The notes: a model not told the origin generated them from the letters alone. Positions 48,354-57,868 are shown, counted from the stretch's first letter. The stretch is 64,000 nucleotides of DNA from Cyanobacteriota bacterium (GCA_033764955.1 JANRIL010000023.1:64001-128000), one strand, 5' to 3'. Made by a program: numbers and translations.

Positions 48354-48905
48354 ATGAATATTTATCATTTAGTTCCTGATGTAAACAGATATCAATCCTT
48401 GATTGTAGGAAGTGGCAAGAGACTCAATGAAGTAAGTAAGTTTACTTTTGGAAATCCTGTATTAGAGATTTGGGAACCAGTACAAGTCAGACTTGCTACT
48501 GATCTTGACAAACCTCCCCTACCAATTAGTGATTTTCCAGGTTTAGGTGGAATGCCTGCTTTTACAGGAAAAGCAATCGAATCCTTAGATGAAATGCTTA
48601 GGATGAATGGGGAGTTATTGCCATTAGAAAGTGATGATGGAGTATTTTATCTCTACAACACTACAACTATTGTTGATGCTCTTGATGAAGAAAAATCAGA
48701 TCTCTTAAGAAATAAAAACGGTCAGATTCGTCATATTAGGAAACATCACTTCATTCCTCAAAAGGTTATAGAACTTATGATTTTTAAGACTGTGCAAGCT
48801 CCTCGAACAAGTTATCCCTGTGTGACAGATCGATTTGTTAATGCTGTTGAACAGGCTCAATTAACGGGATTTGTGTTCCGCAAGCTTTGGTCAAGTGATG
48901 AGTAG
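48354..48905 (+). CDS. Imm11-like immunity protein (Imm-6), paralog of Imm-1/Imm-2
   Basis: About 89% identical to Imm-2 by manual count; same 183-aa length. Confidence 0.8.
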   Translation: MNIYHLVPDVNRYQSLIVGSGKRLNEVSKFTFGNPVLEIWEPVQVRLATDLDKPPLPISDFPGLGGMPAFTGKAIESLDEMLRMNGELLPLESDDGVFYLYNTTTIVDALDEEKSDLLRNKNGQIRHIRKHHFIPQKVIELMIFKTVQAPRTSYPCVTDRFVNAVEQAQLTGFVFRKLWSSDE

Positions 48906-48933
48906 TGAGTTGCTTATTCAGGCAAATCAGTGA

Positions 48934-49132
48934 TTGTTCTTCATTGCCAGATCTAACTCACCCAGCCCAACTCCTACTTTCGATCCGACTCCTCCCCCGG
49001 ATCCCAGTCCCTCCGCTTGTCCTTCTCCCTCTCCTAGTCCTTCACCGGATCCCAAAGTTGACGATAAGATTCCTCCCTCCAGTATTGTCATTAGCTCCAA
49101 TGAATATTTGCTTGAAAATGAGTTGTGGGATA
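48934..49132 (+). pseudogene. truncated chimeric toxin tip 4
   Basis: Leader matches tip 2 (LFFIARSNSPSPTPTFDP), continuation matches tip 3 (KVDDKIPPSSIVISSNEYLLENELWD); similarity ends at ~49132 and there is no nuclease domain. Confidence 0.85.
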
Positions 49133-49336
49133 TCACGTGTCTCAGTAATTACTATGCAGGACTACCCGCCCCATGCCCTATTAGCTTTTGTCCCAATCAA
49201 TCTCAAAGGGATGCAAAGTTAGCGTATCAGCGAAATCACTTGGAAGCCTGAAGGGGGGTGATTGCTCCGTAGCCCCTTTCCCAGGGCAGTCGAGGGGGGT
49301 TAGCCTCTACCCGACCTTCAAGAGAAGAGCAGTATC

Positions 49337-51190
49337 TCAGCAGATCGGATCCCTGGTTGGGGGAGGTGGGAGAGTATAGCCCCGTGGTGTAATCAGATAG
49401 TGATGGTGATAGAAAGTCTGGCTGTTGCCGATCAACACCAGGGTCATCATATCGATCTGGGCTAAATCAGCCGCTTGTAGGGTGGTGCGGGTCAACGATT
49501 GATCCGCTCGATAGAGGGAGCGGGCTAACACCACCGGAGTTTGGGGATCCCGATAGCGCTGGAGAATCTCCCAGGCTTTTGTCAGTCCAGCCGTCCGCTT
49601 TTCGGAACGCGGGTTATAGAGGGCGATGACAAAATCGGAGCTGGCGGCGGCCTCTAGTCGCTCCTCAATGCGCGACCAGGGAATCAGCAGATCCGATAGG
49701 GAAATGGCACAAAAATCCTGCATCAAAGGGGATCCCAGTTGAGCCGCCGCCGCCTGCAAGGCTGTAATGCCGGGGAAGGTTTGTACCATCGGATGTTCCC
49801 CATCCCAGCCTGTTGCTGCCAAACACTGCAAAACCAAGCCCGCCATGCCATAGATCCCCGCGTCACCTGAGGACACCACTGCCACCCGCAACCCCCGCTG
49901 GGCAAGGGTGATAGCTCGTTGGGCACGGGTGATTTCTTGGGTGATCGGGCTGGCTTCCACAATTTGTCCGGCATGAAGCAAGGGATCCAGTAGTTCCAGA
50001 TAGAGCTGATAACCAATCACCACCTCTGCCTGGGTGAGAGCCGCCCGTGCCGCCGCCGTCATCTGGCTGAGTTCTCCAGGTCCCATGCCGATCAAGGCCA
50101 GAGATCCCTGACGAGGGGTGTATTCCTGCTGAGCACGGGCAATCGCTAGGGTGCAGGATCCCTGAGGGTGAAGATAGATCTGTTTTTCCACTAGCAACTG
50201 CTGAGTCTGAGCCGCTTGTAACGCCGCCGCTTCCGCCACCGATGGGGTTCCCACCGCCTGCTCCACCACCTCCGACGGATGAGGAACGGCCTGCCCAGCC
50301 AATTGGGATGGGGAATAAAAGCGAAGCGGCCACTGATAGCGATCCGCTAGCTCCTGAAGCGCCCGTTCATCCCGCTTCAGATCGAGACTGGCTAATCCCG
50401 CCATCGCCGCAAAGGCCAGATCATGCTGCTGCAACGTCGTGCGAATCGCCTCTACTAACACCTCCGTAGGGATCCCCCGTTCACAGCCCACCCCCACCCA
50501 GAGGGTACGGGGATGCCAAACCACCCTGGGTTGAGCCGTTGATGGCACAACCTGATCGGTAATCCAAAGCTGAGCTACTCCCTCTTTTCCCTCCCCACCT
50601 CCCGCCAAACCGAGCAGGGAATGGGATCCTGACCAGGCTTGTTTCCAGAGATCCCACCCACAGGTTTGTTTCACCTGCACCGGTTGTTGTTGGGTGAGGG
50701 CGGCAGCTACCGCTGTCCAATCTCCCGTGCCTTTTTGCCATCCATAGGGATCCCCTAGCTGATCGAGGGCAGGCAGGGCTTGGCCGCTGGAGGCGGAAGT
50801 AATCACTGCTTCTACTCCCAACAAAGCCGCCACCCGCCGACTTAAAGCATCCGCTCCCCCCCGATGCCCGCCACTCACACTGACCACAAATCGGCCTGTC
50901 TCATCCACCGCTACCACACCGGGATCCGAAGCCTTGTCCTGTAAGTGGGGGGCAATCAGCCGCACCACGCATCCCACCGCCAGAATAAACACTAGCCCAC
51001 TCCCCCGCCCCCACAACTCCCCCACCGCCTGCGCCAGGGATCCCTCATACACGCACAACTCTGCGGCCGGTAGGGTGGCGGCGGTGGCTGCCGAAGTCCA
51101 GATGGCGCAATTGGATAAGCCCTGCCGCAGTTGTAACGCCAAGCGACAGCCGCGCGGGGTCGCCGCCATGATCACTATCGACACAAGCAA
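49337..51190 (-). CDS. cobJ: CbiG-CbiH fusion (precorrin-3B C17-methyltransferase)
   Basis: DPGVVAVDETG...GGHRGGA, WVGVGCERG, VGTPSVAEAAAL; IGMGPG, VSSGDAGIYGMAG, DFCAISLSDLL, LYNPRS, ITPRGY. Confidence 0.93.
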   Translation of the reverse strand: MLVSIVIMAATPRGCRLALQLRQGLSNCAIWTSAATAATLPAAELCVYEGSLAQAVGELWGRGSGLVFILAVGCVVRLIAPHLQDKASDPGVVAVDETGRFVVSVSGGHRGGADALSRRVAALLGVEAVITSASSGQALPALDQLGDPYGWQKGTGDWTAVAAALTQQQPVQVKQTCGWDLWKQAWSGSHSLLGLAGGGEGKEGVAQLWITDQVVPSTAQPRVVWHPRTLWVGVGCERGIPTEVLVEAIRTTLQQHDLAFAAMAGLASLDLKRDERALQELADRYQWPLRFYSPSQLAGQAVPHPSEVVEQAVGTPSVAEAAALQAAQTQQLLVEKQIYLHPQGSCTLAIARAQQEYTPRQGSLALIGMGPGELSQMTAAARAALTQAEVVIGYQLYLELLDPLLHAGQIVEASPITQEITRAQRAITLAQRGLRVAVVSSGDAGIYGMAGLVLQCLAATGWDGEHPMVQTFPGITALQAAAAQLGSPLMQDFCAISLSDLLIPWSRIEERLEAAASSDFVIALYNPRSEKRTAGLTKAWEILQRYRDPQTPVVLARSLYRADQSLTRTTLQAADLAQIDMMTLVLIGNSQTFYHHHYLITPRGYTLPPPPTRDPIC

Positions 51191-51289
51191 CTCCTCAAGA
51201 CCAAAAAAGAAAGGCTGTTCCTCAGTCTGGCAGGAGAGTTAGACTATGCCCACTGCCACCTGTGCGGTTGTTGCCTGAATAGCCATGCT

Positions 51290-53047
51290 ATGACACCTTC
51301 ACCACTCCTCGACCTTGCCAAACAGGGGGATCCCCAGGCGATTGCCCACCTGCTCAACCACAGCCTGCGCTCCCGTGGGTTAACCGCCACCGTCACCCGC
51401 CAGCACCACATCCTCACCATCCAGCTAACGGGGGATCCATCTCCGGATCCCGCCTCCACCCTGAGTATGTTGCACAAAGGCTTGGTGCGCTTGGCCGTTC
51501 AGGGCATCACCCAAGTTGAGATAGCCGCCTTTCTAAAAAATCAGGCCACCCCAGTCTGGCAGCGCTCCTTCACCCTCTTCCCCCCTGCCCTCAGCCCCCC
51601 TCCCCTCCAAGTGGGATCCCTTCTTCACAACCGCTATCGCTTAGAAAAGCTGCTGGCCGAAAATGCCTTTCGGCAAACCTGGTTAGCCAAAGACCGAGAT
51701 CAGCGCCCCGTTGTGGTGAAATGGCTCACCTTTGGTGGACAAATGAGCTGGCAAGACTACGATTTATTTGAGCGAGAAACCAAAGTCCTACAGCACCTCA
51801 ACCACCCCCATATTCCCTGCTACCGAGATTCCTTTGTGATCGAGGGATCCCCTACGGTTTTTGGCCTTGTCTATGACTATGTGCCCGGATATTCCCTCAA
51901 AGAATGGTTGACCCAGGGAAAACATTTTACCGAATCCGAGGTACGTCAGATTGCTGAGAGCGTCCTCAATATTTTGATTTATTTACATCAACTCAATCCT
52001 CCCCTATTGCATCGCGATATCAAACCCAGCAACCTGATTGTGGGGGAAGATCAAGAGATTTATCTGGTGGATTTTGGAGCGGTGCAAGATCACTCCACCC
52101 GCGAAGGGCGCACCTTTACGGTGGTGGGTACCTACGGCTATGCGCCCACCGAACAGTTTGGCGGACGAGCCGTCCCCGCCTCCGATCTCTATGGTCTCGG
52201 AGCCACCCTGATTCACCTGCTGACCGGCACCGCTCCCGCCGATTTGCCCCAACGGGAGTTACGCATTCAGTTTGCCGGACGGGTTAGCATTGATGCCAGT
52301 TTTGCCCGTTGGCTCAGCCGCCTGGTGGAACCCGCCCCCGAACATCGCTATCGCACCGCTCAGCAAGCCCTAGCCGTCCTGCAAAATCCCCGCCTCGACA
52401 GCGTGGATCCCCAAGCCAAAATGAACCTTGCTCAGGCGGAAGTCAAAGCCTTGGTGGGATCCCTGCAAACCCCCCATCAAGTAGATCGTCTCCTACAAAC
52501 CTCTCACCTTCGATCCAATAAAATTGGCAAACCCTACGGTACGCAAGTGGAAGTGAAACATTCCCCCAATCAGCTATCCATTCATATTCCCCGCCGCGGC
52601 ATCCGATTGTTAGATATACCTTTTTTAGGTATTTGGGGATTTTGGATTATCACGATACTGGTCGGGAGCATCATTCACCTGCTGACCAATTTAACAGCTC
52701 CCATCGGCCTCCCTCTATTTTTTTTGCTCCTTGCCATAGGGATCCTGACCTGGTTGCTGCAATTTTATTTGGGTACGACAGAAGTAAAATTCACCCAGCA
52801 AGACTTTCAAATTGAGCGCCGTTTTGCCGGGATCCTCCTGCGCCGAGGGGGGATTATTGCCCCCATTTTGGATGTCTTTCAAGAAACCCGTTATAATCGC
52901 CACTGGAGCGGCGTGCTTCTCCCCAAAGATGACCAAGTGACCATTCAGATGGGGATCCACACCTACTCCTTCGGGCATCAAGCCCTTACTAAAGTAGAAT
53001 GCCTCTGGATTGCCCACGAGATCAAACAATGGATAGGATTAGCTTAG
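51290..53047 (+). CDS. Ser/Thr protein kinase with cyanobacterial N-terminal domain and C-terminal TMs
   Basis: VVVK, FERE..VL, HRDIKPSNLI, LVDFGAVQ, VVGTYGYAP.EQF, SDLYGLGATL. Confidence 0.93.
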   Translation: MTPSPLLDLAKQGDPQAIAHLLNHSLRSRGLTATVTRQHHILTIQLTGDPSPDPASTLSMLHKGLVRLAVQGITQVEIAAFLKNQATPVWQRSFTLFPPALSPPPLQVGSLLHNRYRLEKLLAENAFRQTWLAKDRDQRPVVVKWLTFGGQMSWQDYDLFERETKVLQHLNHPHIPCYRDSFVIEGSPTVFGLVYDYVPGYSLKEWLTQGKHFTESEVRQIAESVLNILIYLHQLNPPLLHRDIKPSNLIVGEDQEIYLVDFGAVQDHSTREGRTFTVVGTYGYAPTEQFGGRAVPASDLYGLGATLIHLLTGTAPADLPQRELRIQFAGRVSIDASFARWLSRLVEPAPEHRYRTAQQALAVLQNPRLDSVDPQAKMNLAQAEVKALVGSLQTPHQVDRLLQTSHLRSNKIGKPYGTQVEVKHSPNQLSIHIPRRGIRLLDIPFLGIWGFWIITILVGSIIHLLTNLTAPIGLPLFFLLLAIGILTWLLQFYLGTTEVKFTQQDFQIERRFAGILLRRGGIIAPILDVFQETRYNRHWSGVLLPKDDQVTIQMGIHTYSFGHQALTKVECLWIAHEIKQWIGLA

Positions 53048-53156
53048 TGAGACACCGATTAGGGATCCCAAAAATTGTCCCCTCTTGCGTATAACTTGCC
53101 CACTTAGGCTTCTCCAAAAGCATCCCTTCAACCGACCGATACGAACCAGCACCAAT

Positions 53157-53414
53157 ATGGCTATCGTCAACCCCTTCTCCCTCAAACTAGAAATTAGCAA
53201 GCTATTTCAACAGGGACAATCATTTTTTGCCCTCTCCAAAGTGGAATCTTGGTTACGGGAGCATCACGAAAATCCTGGCGATTTTGACATCACCTTTCAC
53301 CAAGAAATGCCCTCTCCTGATGACAGCGCCGTCATGCTGATTGGCATTCAACTCAGCCGACGGGATGGGCAAGCGGTGGATCCCTGGCTAATCGAAGAAA
53401 TTAATCGCTTGTAG
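53157..53414 (+). CDS. conserved small hypothetical protein
   Basis: MAIVNPFSLKLEISKLF...SFFA..KV..WL...L.R.DGQ.VDPWL. Confidence 0.6.
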   Translation: MAIVNPFSLKLEISKLFQQGQSFFALSKVESWLREHHENPGDFDITFHQEMPSPDDSAVMLIGIQLSRRDGQAVDPWLIEEINRL

Positions 53415-53504
53415 CCGCGATCGATCGTAACTGACAGGAATGGTTGTAACCCCTATTCCACAACTCAATCAGCCGGATTTATTGAAAACCTCACTAATTT
53501 CTTT

Positions 53505-53870
53505 TTACTGAACGTATTGATAAACCGTTTCTAACAGTTCTTTGGGAGCATAGGGCTTGGTGATATAAGCATTTCCCCCTTGCCGCATCGCCCAAAACTT
53601 ATCAAACTGTTCATTTTTGGAGCTGCAAAACACAATCGGCACCTGCGCCAAATGAGCTTCTGAGCGAATCATGCGACAGAGTTCTAGGCCACTTTGACCG
53701 GGCATGACAATATCCAACAAAATCAAGTTGGGAGGAGTATGGTTTTGTAGCCACTGCCAAGCATCTTCGGCAGTACCCACGGTTTCTACGCTAAACCCTG
53801 CCTGGGAAAGCAGCCCTGTCGCCACCTGCCGCTCGGTTTGCCCATCTTCCACAACGAGTACTGTTTTCAT
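53505..53870 (-). CDS. CheY-like single-domain response regulator (PilH/PixH type)
   Basis: VLVVED, LILLDIVMPG.SGLELCR, FCSSK...DKFWAMRQG..AYITKP. Confidence 0.92.
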   Translation of the reverse strand: MKTVLVVEDGQTERQVATGLLSQAGFSVETVGTAEDAWQWLQNHTPPNLILLDIVMPGQSGLELCRMIRSEAHLAQVPIVFCSSKNEQFDKFWAMRQGGNAYITKPYAPKELLETVYQYVQ

Positions 53871-54122
53871 TGGAGGATTCCATGATTAAGTAGCTTTCCT
53901 CCTACAATACAGCACTCCCCCTCACCTATGAGGGCTACCCCCTGAACAGCCCAGCTCATTCCAGGATTCCTAAAGATTCGGGTGATCAAAAGATTATCAA
54001 AACCCTATGCTTGTTGCCAATTTTGTTTAAGGATAGGGATCCCTAGCATCATTCATCTGCCCATTTTGCTTCAAAAAAGGGATTAAGCTAAAAAGGATTT
54101 TCTTTCTTGTCCGTGTGAATTG

Positions 54123-55178
54123 ATGCCTGATTTTGCTACCCCTGATTCTACCGACTTACTGACGGAATCCTACCATTACGACCTACCCCCCCACCTGATT
54201 GCCCAAGCACCCATTCATCCCAGAGATGCCGCCCGCCTATTGGTTGTCCACTCAGATAACCACAGCCATAGCACCTTCCGCGACTTGCCTCTTTGGCTCC
54301 AGCCCCGCGATTTATTGGTTCTCAATGATACTCAGGTGATCCCAGCCCGCTTATACGGGCACAAGCAAACCGGAGCCAAGGTGGAAATCTTGCTCTTAGA
54401 ACAGCAGGAATCTGATAGTTGGCTGGCTCTGGTCAAACCAGGGCGGCGGGTGCGGGTGGGGGATCGGCTCACCTTTGCTCAAGGACTGCAAGCGCAGGTG
54501 ATGCAGACGGATCCCGCCACAGGCGGTCGCATCTTGCAGTTTTTCTGGCCGCCGGATCGCCTCTTTCGTGAAATCTTGCAGGCCATCGGAGAGGTGCCTT
54601 TGCCCCCCTACATCACCGAACGCACTAGCTCCCCCAGCGACTATCAAACCCTCTGGGCTTGTCAGCCGGGATCCGTTGCTGCCCCCACCGCCGGATTGCA
54701 CTTCACCGCCGATCTCCTGAATGCCCTCAAAGCACGAGGGATCCTGACCGCCACCATCACCCTCAATATTGGTCTGGGCACCTTCCGCCCCGTCGAGGTG
54801 AAACATCTGCAACACCACCCCATGCATGCCGAGTGGTTGCAGGTTCCCGCCGCCACCACCGAAAAAATTAAGCAAACCCAAGCCCAGGGCGGACGAATTA
54901 TCGCCGTAGGTACTACCGTTGTGCGTGCCCTAGAAAGCGCCGCTCAGCAGGGCAACCTGGATCCCTGGCAGGGCAAGAGCCAGTTGTTTATTTATCCCGG
55001 CTATCGCTGGCGGGTGGTGCAAGGGTTAATTACCAACTTTCACCTGCCCCGTTCCAGCCTGTTGATGCTGGTGAGTGCCCTGATCGGTCGGGATCGTGTC
55101 CTCCGCCTCTATGCGGAGGCGATTGAGCAGCAATACCGCTTCTTTTCGTTCGGGGATGGAATGTTGATCCTGCCTTAG
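54123..55178 (+). CDS. queA: tRNA preQ1 S-adenosylmethionine ribosyltransferase-isomerase
   Basis: YDLPPHLIAQ.P..PRD, NDTQVIPARL, PLPPYI, AAPTAGLHF, GTFRP, ITNFHLP, YRFFSFGDGMLI. Confidence 0.96.
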   Translation: MPDFATPDSTDLLTESYHYDLPPHLIAQAPIHPRDAARLLVVHSDNHSHSTFRDLPLWLQPRDLLVLNDTQVIPARLYGHKQTGAKVEILLLEQQESDSWLALVKPGRRVRVGDRLTFAQGLQAQVMQTDPATGGRILQFFWPPDRLFREILQAIGEVPLPPYITERTSSPSDYQTLWACQPGSVAAPTAGLHFTADLLNALKARGILTATITLNIGLGTFRPVEVKHLQHHPMHAEWLQVPAATTEKIKQTQAQGGRIIAVGTTVVRALESAAQQGNLDPWQGKSQLFIYPGYRWRVVQGLITNFHLPRSSLLMLVSALIGRDRVLRLYAEAIEQQYRFFSFGDGMLILP

Positions 55179-55179
55179 T

Positions 55180-55404
55180 CTAGTCGTCATCATCGCTGTC
55201 AAAGTCATCGTCATAACCATCATCATCTAGCAACCCATCGATATCCTCGATATCTTCTTCGGTCACGGCTGCCGTCAGATCCGGCGCTTGCTCAATTAAA
55301 CGTCCCTGCCGTCGCAGCCAGTCAATAATCGAAAGGCTGTCTTTCGCGGGCACGACGGTCGGGGGACTATCCCACCGTTCTTCAGTTAAGGAAGGATTAT
55401 TCAT
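55180..55404 (-). CDS. DUF3134-like small acidic protein
   Basis: NPSL.EE....P..V.P.K...SIIDWL...GRLI followed by an acidic tail. Confidence 0.7.
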   Translation of the reverse strand: MNNPSLTEERWDSPPTVVPAKDSLSIIDWLRRQGRLIEQAPDLTAAVTEEDIEDIDGLLDDDGYDDDFDSDDDD

Positions 55405-55513
55405 AGCTAATCACCAATTGGATCATTCAATGGAGGCATTGCGTGGGGGCATTCAGTAAAATCAAAACTGGTTGCCCAACAGCCAGGGATCCACCATAAC
55501 CCAAAGTTGCCCC

Positions 55514-55885
55514 ATGCACCCAGAACCCCCTCCCATTCCCCTCTATCACTGGCATCTGTTTCTGTGCGCGGATCAAACGAAACCAAAATGTTGTGAGAAA
55601 TCCTTGGGTCTGGAGGTTTGGGATTATCTCAAGCAGCGCCTAAAACAGTTGGGTCTAGAGAGCGACCGCCTGCGGGTTTATCGCACCAAGGCCAACTGTT
55701 TGCGAGCCTGTGATCAGCAAATCCCTGGCCCTGTGCTGCTGATCTATCCGGGCGGCTTTTGGTATGAACGAGTGACCTCTGATGTGCTAGAGCGGATTTT
55801 GCAGGAGCATATCTTGTCCGGGATCCCCGTAGTCGAGCATCTGGTGGCTCAGGATCGCTTGGTGTCCTCTGGTTTAACGGGCTAG
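55514..55885 (+). CDS. thioredoxin-like [2Fe-2S] ferredoxin
   Basis: HLFLCADQTKPKCC, RTKANCLRAC, GPVLLIYP.G.WY..VT...LERI.QEH. Confidence 0.85.
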   Translation: MHPEPPPIPLYHWHLFLCADQTKPKCCEKSLGLEVWDYLKQRLKQLGLESDRLRVYRTKANCLRACDQQIPGPVLLIYPGGFWYERVTSDVLERILQEHILSGIPVVEHLVAQDRLVSSGLTG

Positions 55886-55911
55886 CTGGAGTAAGAATTA
55901 TCCATCTCAGC

Positions 55912-56460
55912 TCAAGAGCGACGGACGCGGTAGGAGCGGCGGCGGGGTTTCTGCCAGCGTTTGCGCCAGCGTTTCCAGCTAGAAAACGTCCAATCGCTGA
56001 GGGAGTGGTTGATGGATCCCAGTTCTAGTCCACAAAAAATCCCGATTAAAAGCGGTTGATGCACCTGTCCCCACTGCCAGAGATCCGAGAGCCAGGTGGA
56101 GGGCTGCCAGAGCCAATAGCCCGCCAAAGCCCCTAAAGCTGCCACAGGCAAAAGGAGAATTCCCAGCCAGACCCCTAGATAAAGCAAGCGAATCAGGGAT
56201 CCCACCAACAATCCGTGAGACCAAAAGGAGCGATGGCGCATCAGCCGCCGATAGGGGATCCAAATCCAGCGCAGCCCCAGCCAGCGACGATACTGCTTAG
56301 AATAAATATCGAGATCGCCGGAAAACATCAGCCCACTAAACAAATAGGCGGTGGCCGTTGCCAAGGTGATATCCGCCTGCTCCGTTACCAATCCTGTGGC
56401 CAGTATAATGGCGGGAGCCGTCCAGAGGGTGATCCGATCATGGGTAGTTGCTAGGGGCAT
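55912..56460 (-). CDS. DUF2227-type metal-binding membrane protein
   Basis: THDRIT, FSGDLD, W..LRWIW.PY....HRSFWSHG, H..SD. Confidence 0.8.
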   Translation of the reverse strand: MPLATTHDRITLWTAPAIILATGLVTEQADITLATATAYLFSGLMFSGDLDIYSKQYRRWLGLRWIWIPYRRLMRHRSFWSHGLLVGSLIRLLYLGVWLGILLLPVAALGALAGYWLWQPSTWLSDLWQWGQVHQPLLIGIFCGLELGSINHSLSDWTFSSWKRWRKRWQKPRRRSYRVRRS

Positions 56461-56575
56461 ATTCTGTCTCTCCTCAAGCCCGTGGGGGAAATCCTCTCCC
56501 CGTCTGAAGCTGATTCAAGCAAAAATTCAGCTCTCGTCAAGGCGGATCCCTTTTTCTTCAGGGAACCCCAGCCGA

Positions 56576-57733
56576 TCATGGCTTTGGCTTCACCACTTCC
56601 ACCTTGACAGGCACCACACCCGATTGAATCATGCCTAAAGCTTGCGCCGCTCCCAAGGAGAGATCGATAATCCGGTTTTGGATAAAAGGTCCCCGATCAT
56701 TAATTTCGACAACCGTTCGCTTACCATTCTCTAAATTGGTTACCTGCACCTGGGTGCCAAAGGGAAGCGTCAGGTGAGCGGCGGTCAGCGCCTCCGGCTG
56801 AGCAGAGTGTCCATACCAGGAGGCCAATCCTTGTTGTTGGCTGCCGGGGAGCACCGCCACCGGATTGCCTGGTGAGGCGGCGGAGAGATTCTCAGGGATG
56901 CCGGTATCGGCGCTAGGCAAGGGGGGAATCGAGAGGGGGGGAGCATCCAGCAAGAGGCGGCGCAGGCGGTTAGTGGCTAAAAGCGCCGCATTCGCCACTT
57001 CTGCCGGGGTATCCGCCTGCCAAATGCCCCGATCAAAACGCACCAGTTCTTGGTCGGCACTTTTGATGGCATAAATAGGCTGGGCTTGCCCCGGCTCCGT
57101 CACCAGATCGAGGGTGATGGATTGATCTTTCAGATAGTGTTGCGCCAAATGATTGATTTGTGCTGCCAACGCACTCCCCCGCAAGAGGGGGCTGGCTGTA
57201 TCTGGTTCCTCCACAAAACTGACGATGGGCAAATCCCGCACATAAACGGTGGTCACCGAGCGGTTGTCCATCTCATAGTCATAGAGGGTAGCAACGGGCA
57301 ACGGAGAGAGAGAGTCTTGTTCATACCGTTGGCCGATCTTGAGAGCCTCCTCCGGCTGGGGCTGATCCTGGAGGGTGGTGATGTCGGTCAGTAGACTGGG
57401 TTGCGGTGAAGACGCCACCTGAGCGGGGGTAACAAAAGCCTGAATGGGATCCTGGGCGGCGGCCTTGCGGGAGGGAGAGGGAGATTGGTCAGGGCTGGCC
57501 GCCACTACCCCCGCTACCACAGAAGAGTCCGTCAAAGGGGAAGGATGCAGGCTGCTGATCCAATCAGACGGTGGATTTAGGGTGGGGGAAGGAGAGGGAT
57601 CGAGGGAGGGAGATTCCGTGGCTTGCGCCCAAGGTGACCCCGTAGCAAGGGGGAAGGCTTGTACCACCGTAGCGCCTGCCAGGGTTGATTTCAGCAAAAA
57701 TACGGTGATGCTTAGCAGTCTGTAGCTCCTCAT
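56576..57733 (-). CDS. rlpA: septal ring lytic transglycosylase RlpA family protein
   Basis: [43 protein letters not shown]. Confidence 0.88.
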   Translation of the reverse strand: MRSYRLLSITVFLLKSTLAGATVVQAFPLATGSPWAQATESPSLDPSPSPTLNPPSDWISSLHPSPLTDSSVVAGVVAASPDQSPSPSRKAAAQDPIQAFVTPAQVASSPQPSLLTDITTLQDQPQPEEALKIGQRYEQDSLSPLPVATLYDYEMDNRSVTTVYVRDLPIVSFVEEPDTASPLLRGSALAAQINHLAQHYLKDQSITLDLVTEPGQAQPIYAIKSADQELVRFDRGIWQADTPAEVANAALLATNRLRRLLLDAPPLSIPPLPSADTGIPENLSAASPGNPVAVLPGSQQQGLASWYGHSAQPEALTAAHLTLPFGTQVQVTNLENGKRTVVEINDRGPFIQNRIIDLSLGAAQALGMIQSGVVPVKVEVVKPKP

Positions 57734-57868
57734 AAGGACGGAGATCCTCCTGAATTCGTACACAACATGGGAAGCAGGAGTTAATGTACCATAGGTTTTC
57801 AGGACTACCTGTTTTGAGTAAAGTTGCTCAGCCGTTTGAAGTCTTATCAGGACAAGGATTCAGAGATT

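Noticed and set aside
41315..49074. Regularly recurring repeats suggesting a CRISPR array, integron attC sites or a DGR
   Set aside because: Repeats are kb apart, protein-coding and non-palindromic; no cas, integrase or reverse transcriptase gene, and differences are not adenine-specific
49250..49320. Two G/C hairpins ending in CTACCCGAC, reminiscent of a group II intron 3' end or a cobalamin riboswitch
   Set aside because: No domain V consensus and no B12 box, and it lies downstream of cobJ; more likely a terminator or degenerate dispersed repeat
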